A stretch of DNA of 27,739 bases from contig CATOCA020000037.1 in NCBI GenBank assembly GCA_951406725.2, positions 1 to 27,739 on the forward strand, read 5' to 3'. The stretch's first letter is position 1; each line of letters starts with the position of its first letter. Origin of the DNA: Octopus vulgaris. Taxonomy: Eukaryota. The position numbers were made by a program, and so were the translations under genes. This document shows, piece by piece, positions 13,635 through 27,739 of this stretch. A model generated the notes under the pieces. The model had not been told where the DNA came from. It was given only the letters and a program-made list of their open reading frames with translations, and searched no databases.

Positions 13635-16631
13635 TCATGGAGGCTTTCTAGCAACTGCTATTTGGTGCATGAGAGAGTTCGACGCAGCTGCCCTCATCTG
13701 CCCCTCCTGCCGTGAAGTTTGTTCATCTGGGACACCTGACAGGAAGAGATCCAGCTTCATTTTAAAGACATCTGTATCCACCCCATGCAGGTCTCTCAGG
13801 TTCTTCGGGAGGATATTGAAGAGCTGTGGGCCTCGGAAGCCCAGGCTATCACAGAATCTTGTCCTACATCTTGATGGCAGGTTTGGAGTCCTAGGCACCA
13901 CGCAGTGGCGCCCAGTTCTGGCATTTGCGTAACTCTCGATGCCAAAGTTCAGGACACTTCCCTCCAGGATCTTCCAGATGTATATTATGGCATATCTTTC
14001 CCGCCTACGCTCCAGGGAATATAATTTTAATCTCTTGAGTCTTTCCCAGTAGCTTACATTCTGCATAGAGGCTATCTTCTTCGTGTAGCTTCGTTGGATC
14101 GCCTCAAGTTCTGTGATCAACTTGACACTGGATGGTGACCATAGCTGAGAGCAATAGTCAAAGTGGCTTAGGACAAGTGTCTTCCAGAGGACCATCATGG
14201 TTTCTTGTTCTCTTGTTCTAAAGGTTCTAAGAATCCAGCCAGCCAGCCGTCTACATTTCATTGTCAGTTTAGCAACATGTACATGAAAGGTCGCGTCATC
14301 ACTCATGTGAATACCCAGGTCACGCACTGATTGTGCCTCTGGGATTGCAATCCCTCCGGGTCCAGTGTATTCATTGGGTATTGCATTCAGTTTTGCATGC
14401 TGATAGTATAAAGCTTGAAACTTTCCAGCATTGAACTGCATGCTATTCTTTTCAGCCCACTTGTATATTTCGTCCAGCTCACATTGCAGGTGTTTAGTGT
14501 CCTCAGGGTTCTGTATTGCCTGTGAAACTTTTGTATCATCTGCATAACTTGTGATCGTGGCTCTCTGCGTGGCTGAGGGCATGTCTGAGAGGGCCATTAT
14601 GAACAGTAGTGGTCCCAGAACAGTGCCCTGCGGAACACCGCTCACTATTTGTGTGTTAATGGAGGTGGCACCATTGGCTACTACCACCTGACTTCTATCC
14701 TTCAGAAAGTCATGAAGCCATTCTCCCAGTTTTCCAACTATGTTGAGATCACGCAGTTTGTGACATATCATTCCATGATCGACTTTATCAAAAGCCTTTG
14801 CAAAGTCGAGATATATCACTTCCACATTTGAGTGGTTGAGCAGCCGTTTCAGCACCCAGTCATAGTGTTGTAGGAGCTGAGTTAAACAGCTTCTCCCTGG
14901 TCGGAAACCATGTTGGGTGTCGGGCAGCAAGTCATTCTCTTCAAGGAAGGTGATCAGCTTCCTTCTGACTATTCGTTCCATGACCTTGCTGATGTGTGAG
15001 GTCAGAGAGATAGGTCTATAGTTCTTGGCTTCCGCTCTGCTATCTCCTTTATGAATGGGGCATATTTTACCTTCCTTCAGTTTTCCTGGAAGTTTGCCAG
15101 CTGCAAGGAAGCTCTGAAAGAGGAACTGCAGTGGTCTTGCTAGGACTCTCTTACATGCTTTTAGGAGGATTGCCGGGAATCCATCGGGGCCAGTAGCTGA
15201 GTCTGTTTTCATTTCATCTATAGCCTTGGTTACATCGTCTTCCTTTATATCGATGTAATCTATCGTCGCCGCCTCTGATTTTATATCTGCAGTGGTAAAA
15301 AAGTCAGTTGCATTGGTGATTTGGAGATGCCCAAGGGGTGGAGTGAAAACACTCTTGAATTGCTCATTCAGTATTTCACTTACCCTCATTGGTTTTCCTG
15401 TAAGTGTGCCATCCTTTTCGAGGAGTGGCCCTATTCTACAGTGCACTGTAGCTGTTTCTTTGGCATACCTGTAGAAAGCTCTGGGGTTAGATTTTATGTT
15501 TTCTATAGCCCAGGCTTCTTTGTCTGCTCTTTCTTTTTCATGGGAGAGTTGCAGACATTTTTCGATTTCCAACAGTTTTATTTTTAGGCGGGACTTTTCA
15601 CTGCTTTCAATCTGTTTGTTTAGGCGATTTGAAAATTTCGTACGCCGTCTCATTAAAATTTTCCTCTCTCTGGGGATTTTGTTCTTGTGTACAGTGGCCT
15701 TTCTCTCTGGGACACATTTGTAGCATATGGCTTGCATTACAGACATGAATTGTTGAAGTTTCACGTCGATGTCTGGCGAGGAGAGACATTCAGGCCAGTT
15801 TTGTTTGAGGATCTCTTTCTCAATTTGTTTCCAGTTTGCCTTATGGTAGTTCAAGCTGGAAAGATTTTGAGGGTTTCTTGTAGGCTGCATGTCCGTGCTC
15901 TCTTTTGGCCCGTACATGGTCAGCTCTATCATGTTGTGATCCGAGAGTAGTGTCGGTGTCACTTTCACATTATGGATGAGATCCATGTCATTTGTGAAGC
16001 AGAGATCCAGTGTGTTACCTGCCCTGGTTGGTTGGAGTATTACCTGCTCCATGTACAGGGTGTTGATGAGGTTCAGGAGGGACCTCGCCTGTCCTCGTTC
16101 ACATCTTGTCATTCCTGGGAGAGAAAGGCCCTCGGGCCATCTGACATTGGGCAGATTGAAGTCTCCCATAAGAAGCACACCTATGTGTTGTTCTAATGTG
16201 GTTAGAATTTCTTCTATTTTTATAAGGCAGTCTTCAAACTTGCCCACATGGCTTGGGGCATCTGGAGGGCGATATGTAGCACACACAACTACATCAAGTT
16301 GCCTAATATGTACAATTAGTGTGTCACACACCGAGTTTGAGTATGACAAGAGGACCTGGGGTGTGAGGTCCTCACGGATGTACATAGCAACACCTCCATG
16401 ACTCCTTTCTTTCCTGTCGGTCCGTAGTACAGCATACTGTGGTATGTGTAACTCCGCATCTGCTATGTCCGGTTTCAGGTGCGTTTCTGTAAGTGCTATG
16501 CATAAGGCTTGATTGCATGCAACAAAGTCTCTCAGGAACGGGATCTTTGTCCTGTTACTGAGTGTTTGCAGTCCTCTGATGTTCAGTAGGAGCATCGAGG
16601 TGAGGTGTACGTTGTTGCCGGCGGTGTCCAT
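13635..16631 (-). CDS. ORF2 (APE endonuclease + RT) of A2
   Basis: Intact frame. About 8 substitutions and one 1-aa indel relative to A1 over the track ORFs. Catalytic motifs are retained. Confidence 0.95.
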   Translation of the reverse strand: MDTAGNNVHLTSMLLLNIRGLQTLSNRTKIPFLRDFVACNQALCIALTETHLKPDIADAELHIPQYAVLRTDRKERSHGGVAMYIREDLTPQVLLSYSNSVCDTLIVHIRQLDVVVCATYRPPDAPSHVGKFEDCLIKIEEILTTLEQHIGVLLMGDFNLPNVRWPEGLSLPGMTRCERGQARSLLNLINTLYMEQVILQPTRAGNTLDLCFTNDMDLIHNVKVTPTLLSDHNMIELTMYGPKESTDMQPTRNPQNLSSLNYHKANWKQIEKEILKQNWPECLSSPDIDVKLQQFMSVMQAICYKCVPERKATVHKNKIPRERKILMRRRTKFSNRLNKQIESSEKSRLKIKLLEIEKCLQLSHEKERADKEAWAIENIKSNPRAFYRYAKETATVHCRIGPLLEKDGTLTGKPMRVSEILNEQFKSVFTPPLGHLQITNATDFFTTADIKSEAATIDYIDIKEDDVTKAIDEMKTDSATGPDGFPAILLKACKRVLARPLQFLFQSFLAAGKLPGKLKEGKICPIHKGDSRAEAKNYRPISLTSHISKVMERIVRRKLITFLEENDLLPDTQHGFRPGRSCLTQLLQHYDWVLKRLLNHSNVEVIYLDFAKAFDKVDHGMICHKLRDLNIVGKLGEWLHDFLKDRSQVVVANGATSINTQIVSGVPQGTVLGPLLFIMALSDMPSATQRATITSYADDTKVSQAIQNPEDTKHLQCELDEIYKWAEKNSMQFNAGKFQALYYQHAKLNAIPNEYTGPGGIAIPEAQSVRDLGIHMSDDATFHVHVAKLTMKCRRLAGWILRTFRTREQETMMVLWKTLVLSHFDYCSQLWSPSSVKLITELEAIQRSYTKKIASMQNVSYWERLKRLKLYSLERRRERYAIIYIWKILEGSVLNFGIESYANARTGRHCVVPRTPNLPSRCRTRFCDSLGFRGPQLFNILPKNLRDLHGVDTDVFKMKLDLFLSGVPDEQTSRQEGQMRAAASNSLMHQIAVARKPP

Positions 16632-17494
16632 CCTGTGTCTGTTTGCTGTGGTGGTCTGGTATATAGTGGGTAGTCCCACCTGCGGGCTTGGGTTTGATGA
16701 AGCCAGGTCAGCTGCTGTACAATCTTTTGTGCCATGCACAAAAAAGATTGTTGCTCAGCAGCTGCTCTTTCGACAACATCATGTTGGCGGTTTGTGGCGC
16801 GCACAACATCTGCGTACCTCCGCTTTGAGGCAGGTGGTGCGTGGTCCATCCCTTTTCTTTGTGTTAATGGTTTGTCCATCTGCCTCGTGTCTCTGTGGCA
16901 GGGTCCCCGATGTGCAAAGCGGCAGCCTGCACCTTCCTTTCCATGCCAGCAGGAACCTCTCAGGTAGAACATACACACCCGTGTGCGCTGTTTGGTTCCA
17001 TCCTTTGCGGTTCCACTTCTACTCCTGGTTGTTTCACTCTTTGGTCCTGCTTGAGCTTTTTCTTTTCCTTTAGCTCTTCCAGTCCTTCTTTTAGTTCTTC
17101 TTCCTCCCTCTACCTCTTCACCGGGTTCTCCGTCTCCATGGCCGTTGCTGCCGGTTGGAGAACTTGCACCTGGGTTCACTTCCCGGGCAGGTTTCTCATT
17201 CAAAACCTCCTCCCGGGCGTCCACCAGGTGGGAGTGACTTCTTTCATCGTCTCCATTCTTGCCATCTTTGCCCCGCTCGTTCTCAAAGATGGCATCAAGT
17301 GCGCCAATGTGCGACCGTACAAGCGCATATGAGCGCACGAATTCCCGTCTCTTTCGCTCCATCTGAGCCACTGTCCTCTTGTAGCCTCTGCTCTTCAGCG
17401 CAGCCGCAATCACCTCGCTAGGGCTATCTCCACCGGCGCACTCCCATGCTCGTACGAATAAATCCAGCTCGTCAGGTCTCCATGCTCTCGACAT
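16583..17494 (-). CDS. ORF1 (Myb/SANT-like + CCCH) of A2, 303 aa
   Basis: Colinear with A1 ORF1. Confidence 0.88.
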   Translation of the reverse strand: MSRAWRPDELDLFVRAWECAGGDSPSEVIAAALKSRGYKRTVAQMERKRREFVRSYALVRSHIGALDAIFENERGKDGKNGDDERSHSHLVDAREEVLNEKPAREVNPGASSPTGSNGHGDGEPGEEVEGGRRTKRRTGRAKGKEKAQAGPKSETTRSRSGTAKDGTKQRTRVCMFYLRGSCWHGKEGAGCRFAHRGPCHRDTRQMDKPLTQRKGMDHAPPASKRRYADVVRATNRQHDVVERAAAEQQSFLCMAQKIVQQLTWLHQTQARRWDYPLYTRPPQQTDTGWTPPATTYTSPRCSY

Positions 17495-17555
17495 GCTGGA
17501 TAATCCGTCTATCCGTTTATCTATCTAATTATGTTCGAGAGAAGACAGGAAGATA

Positions 17556-18670
17556 TTAAGGCTAATTAGAAGATAGAGTACTTGAAAAAGAAATATTAAC
17601 AATATTAAAGTTTGTGGGTAAAAACGTTATTTAATCTTAAGGCTAATTAGGGGATAGAGTATCTGAAAATGTATTAGCAATATTAATATTATATTAGAGT
17701 GTGGGTAAAAACGTTGTTTAATCTTAAGGCTAATTAGGACAAAGAGTATCTGAAAATATATTAGCAATATTAATATTATATTAGAGTGTGGGTAATATTA
17801 AACGTTATTTAATTTAATCTTAAGGCTAATTAGAAGGCAGAGTATCTGAAAAATTATTAACAATATTAAGCAATATTAACCGTTATTTAATTTAATCTTA
17901 AGGCTAATTAGACGTTATTAATATTAAACGTTATTTAATTTAATCTTAAGGCTAATTAGAAGATAGAGTATCTGAAGAATTATTAACAATATTAAAACAA
18001 TATTAAACGTTATTTAATTTAATCTTAAGGCTAATTAACAATAATTATTAACAATATTAAACAATATTAAACGTTATATAATTTAATCCTAAGGCTAATT
18101 AGACGTTATTAATATTAAACGTTATTTAATTTAATCTTAAGGCTAATTAGAAGATAGAGTATCGGAAAAATTATTAACAATATTAAAACAATATTAAACG
18201 TTATTTAATTTAATCTTAAGGCTAATTAACAATAATTATTAACAATATTAAACAATATTAAACGTTATTTAATTTAATCCTAAGGCTAATTTGACGGTAT
18301 CAATATTAAACGTTATTTAATTTAATCTTAAGGCTAATTAGAAGATAGAGTATCTGAAAAATTATTAACAATATTAAACAATATTAAACGTTATTTAATT
18401 TAATCTTAAGGCTAATTAACAATAATTATTAACAATATTAAACAATATTAAAGGTTATTTAATTTAATCTTAAGGCTAATTAGACGTTATCAATATTAAA
18501 CGTTATTTAATTTAATCTCAAGGCTAATTAGAAGATAGAGTATCTGAGAAATTATTATATCGAGAACAGATATTGAAAATGTAAACAAACAAAATTTATA
18601 TTAGAGTGTGGGTAATATTAAACGTTATTTAATTTAATCTTAAGGCTAATTAGAAGATAGAGTATCTGAA
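17556..18670 (-). repeat. 5' UTR tandem monomer array of A2 (~16 cores, different module order from A1)
   Basis: Recurrent TAAGGCTAATT on the + strand. Confidence 0.9.
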
Positions 18671-19121
18671 AAATTATTATATCGAGAACAGATATTGAAA
18701 ATGTAAACAAACAAAATGACGATCGCAACTTTAACTAAGATGTGGGCCTAAATGAAGGATAAAATAGAATACTAAATACAATATGAAATAGATGAAAGTG
18801 ATACTTAATCCAACAATGTGTTCTGGATTTTTTGGTTTACGGGATTTTTTTCAGGAGAGATGCTTCTTTTTTCTTTCTTGCAGGAGATAACTTAATTCAG
18901 TTATTTTTGCACCATGTGCGTTTCGGCGAAAATGAAAATTACTGTGTATATGTATATATTTATATATATATTTTTTTAAATATTTTTAACCAAAGTGTTG
19001 TAGTGATCTCTATGACTTAGAGTTTTACGTTTTGCAACTACAGTGGGTTATTTCGCCGATCTATGCAAACTTTTTCACAGAGAAGAGGCAATACGTCTCT
19101 AACTGTTGAAAACGGAACCGG

Positions 19122-20819
<1,698 letters not shown>

Positions 20820-20910
20820 ATTGATTGATTGATTGATTGATTCTAGTTTCAGCTTATGAGCTGTGGCCATGCTGGGGCACCGCCATTTGGTGTTGCTACT
20901 TGGTTTCACT

Positions 20911-23906
20911 TCATGGAGGCTTTCTAGCAACTGCTATTTGGTGCATGAGAGAGTTCGATGCAGCTGCCCTCATCTGCCCCTCCTGCCGTGAAGTTGGTTC
21001 ATCTGGGACACCTGACAGGAAGAGATCCAGCTTCATTTTAAAGACATCTGTATCCACCCCATGCAGGTCTCTCAGGTTCTTCGGGAGGATATTGAAGAGC
21101 TGTGGGCCTCGGAAGCCCAGGCTATCACAGAATCTTGTCCTACATCTTGATGGCAGGTTTGGAGTCCTAGGCACCACGCAGTGGCGCCCAGTTCTGGCAT
21201 TTGCGTAACTCTCGATGCCAAAGTTCAGGACACTTCCCTCCAGGATCTTCCAGATGTATATTATGGCATATCTTTCCCGCCTACGCTCCAGGGAATATAA
21301 TTTTAATCTCTTGAGTCTTTCCCAGTAGCTTACATTCTGCATAGAGGCTATCTTCTTTGTGTAGCTTCGTTGGATCGCCTCAAGTTCTGTGATCAACTTG
21401 ACACTGGATGGTGACCATAGCTGAGAGCAATAGTCAAAGTGGCTTAGGACAAGTGTCTTCCAGAGGACCATCATGGTTTCTTGTTCTCTTGTTCTAAAGG
21501 TTCTAAGAATCCATCCAGCCAGCCGTCTACATTTCATTGTCAGTTTAGCAACATGTACATGAAAGGTCGCGTCATCACTCATGTGAATACCCAGGTCACG
21601 CACTGATTGTGCCTCTGGGATTGCAATCCCTCCGGGTCCAGTGTATTCATTGGGTATTGCATTCAGTTTTGCATGCTGATAGTATAAAGCTTGAAACTTT
21701 CCAGCATTGAACTGCATGCTATTCTTTTCAGCCCACTTGTATATTTCGTCCAGCTCACATTGCAGGTGTTTAGTGTCCTCAGGGTTCTGTATTGCCTGTG
21801 AGACTTTTGTATCATCTGCATAACTTGTGATCGTGGCTCTCTGCGTGGCTGAGGGCATGTCTGAGAGGGCCATTATGAACAGTAGTGGTCCCAGAACAGT
21901 GCCCTGCGGAACACCGCTCACTATTTGTGTGTTAATGGAGGTGGCCCCATTGGCTACTACCACCTGACTTCTATCCTTCAGAAAGTCATGAAGCCATTCT
22001 CCCAGTTTTCCAACTATGTTGAGATCACGCAGTTTGTGACATATCATTCCATGATCGACTTTATCAAAGGCCTTTGCAAAGTCGAGATATATCACTTCCA
22101 CATTTGAGTGGTTGAGCAGCCGTTTCAGCACCCAGTCATAGTGTTGTAGGAGCTGAGTTAAACAGCTTCTCCCTGGTCGGAAACCATGTTGGGTGTCGGG
22201 CAGCAAGTCATTCTCTTCAAGGAAGGTGATCAGCTTCCTTCTGACTATTCGTTCCATGACCTTGCTGATGTGTGAGGTCAGAGAGATAGGTCTATAGTTC
22301 TTGGCTTCCGCTCTGCTACCTCCTTTATGAATGGGGCATATTTTACCTTCCTTCAGTTTTCCTGGAAGTTTGCCAGCTGCAAGGAAGCTCTGAAAGAGGA
22401 ACTGCAGTGGTCTTGCTAGGACTCTCTTACATGCTTTTAGGAGGATTGCCGGGAATCCATCGGGGCCAGTAGCTGAGTCTGTTTTCATTTCATCTATAGC
22501 CTTCGTTACATCGTCTTCCTTTATATCGATGTAATCTATCGTCGCCGCCTCTGATTTTATATCTGCAGTGGTAAAAAAGTCAGTTGGATTGGTGATTTGG
22601 AGATGCCCAAGGGGTGGAGTGAAAACACTCTTGAATTGCTCATTCAGTATTTCACTTACCCTCATTGGTTTTCCTGTAAGTGTGCCATCCTTTTCGAGGA
22701 GTGGCCCTATTCTACAGTGCACTGTAGCTGTTTCTTTGGCATACCTGTAGAAAGCTCTGGGGTTAGATTTTATGTTTTCTATAGCCCAGGCTTCTTTGTC
22801 TGCTCTTTCTTTTTCATGGGAGAGTTGCAGACATTTTTCGATTTCCAACAGTTTTATTTTTAGGCGGGACTTTTCACTGCTTTCAATCTGTTTGTTTAGG
22901 CGATTTGAAAATTTCGTACGCCGTCTCATTAAAATTTTCCTCTCTCTGGGGATTTTGTTCTTGTGTACAGTGGCCTTTCTCTCTGGGACACATTTGTAGC
23001 ATATGGCTTGCATTACAGACATGAATTGTTGAAGTTTCACGTCGATGTCTGGCGAGGAGAGACATTCAGGCCAGTTTTGTTTGAGGATCTCTTTTCAATT
23101 TGTTTCCAGTTTGCCTTATGGTAGTTCAAGCTGGAAAGATTTTGAGGGTTTCTTGTAGGCTGCATGTCCGTGCTCTCTTTTGGCCCGTACATGGTCAGCT
23201 CTATCATGTTGTGATCCGAGAGTAGTGTCGGTGTCACTTTCACATTATGGATGAGATCCATGTCATTTGTGAAGCAGAGATCCAGTGTGTTACCTGCCCT
23301 GGTTGGTTGGAGTATTACCTGCTCCATGTACAGGGTGTTGATGAGGTTCAGGAGGGACCTCGCCTGTCCTCGTTCACATCTTGTCATTCCTGGGAGAGAA
23401 AGGCCCTCGGGCCATCTGACATTGGGCAGATTGAAGTCTCCCATAAGAAGCACACCTATGTGTTGTTCTAATGTGGTTAGAATTTCTTCTATTTTTATAA
23501 GGCAGTCTTCGAACTTGCCCACATGGCTTGGGGCATCTGGAGGGCGATATGTAGCACACACAACTACATCAAGTTGCCTAATATGTACAATTAGTGTGTC
23601 ACACACCGAGTTTGAGTATGACAAGAGGACCTGGGGTGTGAGGTCCTCACGGATGTACATAGCAACACCTCCATGACTCCTTTCTTTCCTGTCGGTCCGT
23701 AGTACAGCATACTGTGGTATGTGTAACTCCGCATCTGCTATGTCCGGTTTCAGGTGCGTTTCTGTAAGTGCTATGCATAAGGCTTGATTGCATGCAACAA
23801 AGTCTCTCAGGAACGGGATCTTTGTCCTGTTACTGAGTGTTTGCAGTCCTCTGATGTTCAGTAGGAGTATCGAGGTGAGGTGTACGTTGTTGCCGGCGGT
23901 GTCCAT
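20911..23906 (-). pseudogene. ORF2 of A3 split by a 1-bp deletion near 23094
   Basis: GATCTCTTTTCAA versus GATCTCTTTCTCAA in A2. The 325-aa and 709-aa track ORFs join across this point. Confidence 0.85.
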
Positions 23907-24768
23907 CCTGTGTCTGTTTGCTGTGGTGGTCTGGTATATAGTGGGTAGTCCCACCTGCGGGCTTGGGTTTGATGAAGCCAGGTCAGCTGCTGTACAATCT
24001 TTTGTGCCATGCACAAAAAAGATTGTTGCTCAGCAGCTGCTCTTTCGACAACATCATGTTGGCTGTTTGTGGCGCGCACAACATCTGCGTACCTCCGCTT
24101 TGGGGCAGGTGGTGCGTAGTCCATCCCTTTTCTTTGTGTTGATGGTTTGTCCATCTGCCTCGTGTCTCTGTGGCAGGGTCCCCGATGTGCAAAGCGGCAG
24201 CCTGCACCTTCCTTTCCGTGCCAGCAGGAACCTCTCAGGTAGAACATACACACCCGTGTGCGCTGTTTGGTTCCATCCTTTGCGGTTCCACTTCTACTCC
24301 TGGTTGTTTCACTCTTTGGTCCTGCTTGAGCTTTTTCTTTTCCTTTAGCTCTTCCAGTCCTTCTTTTAGTTCTTCTTCCTCCTCTACCTCTTCACCGGGT
24401 TCTCCGTCTCCATGGCCCTTGCTGCCGGTTGGAGAACTTGCACCTGGGTTCACTTCCCGGGCAGGTTTCTCATTCAAAACCTCCTCCTGGGCGTCCACCA
24501 GGTGGGGGTGACTTCTTTCATCGTCTCCATTCTTGCCATCTTTGCCCCGCTCGTTCTCAAAGATGGCATCAAGTGCGCCAATGTGCGACCGTACAAGCGC
24601 ATATGAGCGCACGAATTCCTGTCTCTTTCGCTCCATCTGAGCCGCTGTCCTCTTGTAGCCTCTGCTCTTCAGCGCAGCCGCAATCACCTCGCTAGGGCTA
24701 TCTCCGCCGGCGCACTCCCATGCTCGTACGAATAAATCCAGCTCGTCACGTCTCCATGCTCTGGACAT
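23858..24768 (-). pseudogene. ORF1 of A3 split by a 1-bp deletion near 24381
   Basis: TTCCTCCTCTACC versus TTCCTCCCTCTACC in A2. The 177-aa and 131-aa track ORFs join across this point. Confidence 0.83.
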
Positions 24769-24828
24769 GCTGGATAATCCGTCTATCCGTTTATCTATCT
24801 AATTATGTTCGAGAGAAGACAGGAAGAT

Positions 24829-26320
24829 ATTAAGGCTAATTAGAAGATAGAGTACTTGAAAAAGAAATATTAACAATATTAAAGTTTGTGTAAAAACGTT
24901 ATTTGGGTAAAAACGTTATTTAATCTTAAGGCTAATTAGGAGATAGAGTATCTGAAAATATATTAGCAATATTAATATTATATTAGAGTGTGGGTAAAAA
25001 AAACGTTATTTAATCTTAAGGCTAATTTGGAGATAGAGTATCTGAAAATATATTAGCAATATTAATATTATATTAGAGTGTGGGTAATATTAAACGTTAT
25101 TTAATTTAATCTTAAGGCTAATTAGAAGACAGAGTATCTGAAAAATTATATATACAATATTAAGCAATATTAACCGTTATTTAATTTAATCTTAAGGCTA
25201 ATTAGACGTTATTAATATTAAACGTTATTTAATTTAATCTTAAGGCTAATTAGAAGATAGAGTATCTGAAAATATATTAGCAATATTAATATTATATTAG
25301 AGTGTGGATAAAAACGTTATTTAATCTTAAGGCTAATCAGGAGATAGAGTATCTGAAAATATATTAGCAATATTAATATTATATTAGAGTGTGGGTAATA
25401 TTAAACGTTATTTAATTTAATCTTAAGGCTAATTAGAAGATAGAGTATCTGAAGAAGTATTAACAATATTAAAACAATATTAAACGTTATTTAATTTAAT
25501 CTTAAGGCTAATTAACAATAATTATTAACAATATTAAACAATATTAAACGTTATTTAATTTAATCCTAAGGCTAATTAATAATAATTATTAACAATATTA
25601 AACGTTATTTAATTTAATCCTAAGGCTAATTAACAATAATTATTAACAATATTAAACGTTATTTAATTTAATCCTAAGGCTAATTAGACGTTATTAATAT
25701 TAAACGTTATTTAATTTAATCTTAAGGCTAATTAGAAGATAGAGTATCTGAAAAATTATTAACAATATTAAAACAATATTAAACGTTATTTAATTTAATC
25801 TTAAGGCTAATTAACAATAATTATTAACAATATTAAACTATATTAAACGTTATTTAATTTAATCCTAAGGCTAATTTGACGGTATCAATATTAAACGTTA
25901 TTTAATTTAATCTTAAGGCTAATTAACAGTAATTATTAACAATATTAAACAATATCGAGAACAGTTATTGAAAATGTAAACAAACCAAATGACGATCGCA
26001 ACTTTAACTAAGATGTGGGCCTAAGTGAAAGATAAAATAGAATAATAAATAAAATATGAAATAGATGAAATTGATACTTAATCCAACAATGTGGTCTGGA
26101 TAATTTTTTTGGTTTACGGGATTTTTTTCGGGAGAGATGCTTCTTTTTTCTTTCTTGCAGGAGATAACTTGATTCAGTTATTTTTGCACCATGTGCGTTT
26201 CGGCGAAAACTATATTAAACGTTATTTAATTTAATCCTAAGGCTAATTTGACGGTATCAATATTAAACGTTATTTAATTTAATCTTAAGGCTAATTAGAA
26301 GATAGAGTATCTGGAAAATT
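24829..26320 (-). repeat. 5' UTR tandem monomer array of A3 (~18 cores) including part of a ~375-bp tandem duplication
   Basis: Recurrent TAAGGCTAATT. 25835-26206 is repeated at 26207-26585. Confidence 0.88.
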
Positions 26321-26772
26321 ATTATATCGAGAACAGTTATTGAAAATGTAAACAAACCAAATGACGATCGCAACTTTAACTAAGATGTGGGCCTAAGTGA
26401 AAGATAAAATAGAATAATAAATAAAATATGAAATAGATGAAATTGATACTTAATCCAACAATGTGGTCTGGATAATTTTTTTTTTGGTTTACGGGATTTT
26501 TTTTCGGGAGAGATGCTTCTTTTTTCTTTCTTGCAGGAGATAACTTAATTCAGTTATTTTTGCACCATGTGCGTTTCGGCGAAAATGAAAATTACTGTGT
26601 ATATGTATATATTTATATATATATTTTTTAAATATTTTTAACCAAAGTGTTGTAGTGATCTCTATGACTTAGAGTTTTACGTTTTGCAACTACAGTGGGT
26701 TATTTCGCCGTTCTATGCAGACTTTTTCACAGAGCAAAGGCAATCACGTCTTTCTCTGCTGAAAACGGAACC

Positions 26773-26870
26773 ATATATATACATATATATATATATACAT
26801 ATATATATATACATATATATATATACATATATATATATACATATATATATACATATACATATATATATAC

Positions 26871-26925
<55 letters not shown>

Positions 26926-26982
26926 CATACATATACATATATATACATATATATATACATATACATATATATATACATATAC

Positions 26983-27015
<33 letters not shown>

Positions 27016-27028
27016 CATATATATATAC

Positions 27029-27075
<47 letters not shown>

Positions 27076-27140
27076 TATATACATATATATATACATATAT
27101 ATATACATATACATATATATATATATACATATATATATAC

Positions 27141-27213
<73 letters not shown>

Positions 27214-27234
27214 TATATACATATACATATATAT
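26773..27234. repeat. (TA)n/(TACATA)n microsatellite tract between head-to-head A3 and A4
   Basis: Direct reading. Confidence 0.96.
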
Positions 27235-27739
27235 ATCCAACTGACTTTTTTACCTATCCAACTGACTTTTTTACCACTGCAGATATAAAATCAGAGGCGG
27301 CGACGATAGATTACATCGATATAAATGAAGACGATGTAACCAAGGCTATAGATGAAATGAAAACAGACTCAGCTACTGGCCCCGATGGATTCCCGGCAAT
27401 CCTCCTAAAAGCATGTAAGAGAGTCCTAGCAAGACCACTGCAGTTCCTCTTTCAGAGCTTCCTTGCAGCTGGCAAACTTCCAGGAAAACTGAAGGAAGGT
27501 AAAATATGCCCCATTCATAAAGGAGGTAGCAGAGCGGAAGCCAAGAACTATAGACCTATCTCTCTGACCTCACACATCAGCAAGGTCATGGAACGAATAG
27601 TCAGAAGGAAGCTGATCACCTTCCTTGAAGAGAATGACTTGCTGCCCGACACCCAACATGGTTTCCGACCAGGGAGAAGCTGTTTAACTCAGCTCCTACA
27701 ACACTATGACTGGGTGCTGAAACGGCTGCTCAACCACTC
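27235..27739 (+). mobile_element. 5'-truncated family A LINE, copy A4 (continues beyond the window); ORF2 fragment [11 protein letters not shown]...RLLNH
   Basis: 27256-27739 matches A1 4676-5159 almost exactly. The first 20 nt are duplicated at the junction. Confidence 0.93.

Larger units (their letters stand above)
13543..19121 (-). mobile_element. Full-length family A LINE, copy A2; both ORFs intact
   Basis: Reverse-complement match to A1 from (GATT)6 at 13543-13566 to ...AAAACGGAACCGG at 19121. Confidence 0.95.

Noticed and set aside
27256-27739. A4 as a recombinant (shares the INEDD codon with A1 but GACTTG with A2/A3)
   Set aside because: Explained equally well by one private substitution in A1; too few informative sites.

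Overview
Eukaryotic (probably invertebrate) repeat DNA with no host gene. About 7.5 kb of (TA)n microsatellite, in seven tracts, alternates with seven insertions of APE-endonuclease/reverse-transcriptase non-LTR retrotransposons of the CR1 group. These belong to three distinct families. Family A has three full-length copies (A1 919-6446 +, A2 13543-19121 -, A3 20817-26772 -) and one 5'-truncated copy running off the window end (A4, from 27235, +). Family B has one 5'-truncated copy (7842-8488 +). Family C has two (8703-9458 +, 11937-13140 -). Every visible junction is in (TA)n and no element interrupts another, which suggests a (TA)n-targeting LINE lineage. Family A has a ~1.6-2 kb 5' UTR with a variable tandem-monomer array and an ORF1 with an N-terminal Myb/SANT(trihelix)-like motif plus a CCCH zinc finger. 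Its ORF2 overlaps ORF1 in the -1 frame, with an in-phase U_UUU_UUG heptamer at the start of the overlap. All three families share a covarying double stem-loop just before family-specific tails ((AATC)n, (TTTAAGGA)n, (TATCAAAG)n). Three 5' junctions carry short duplications of the element's own first bases. All Tyr/Ile-rich ORFs in the track are microsatellite artefacts. Clade, domain and novelty calls are by eye and need database confirmation.
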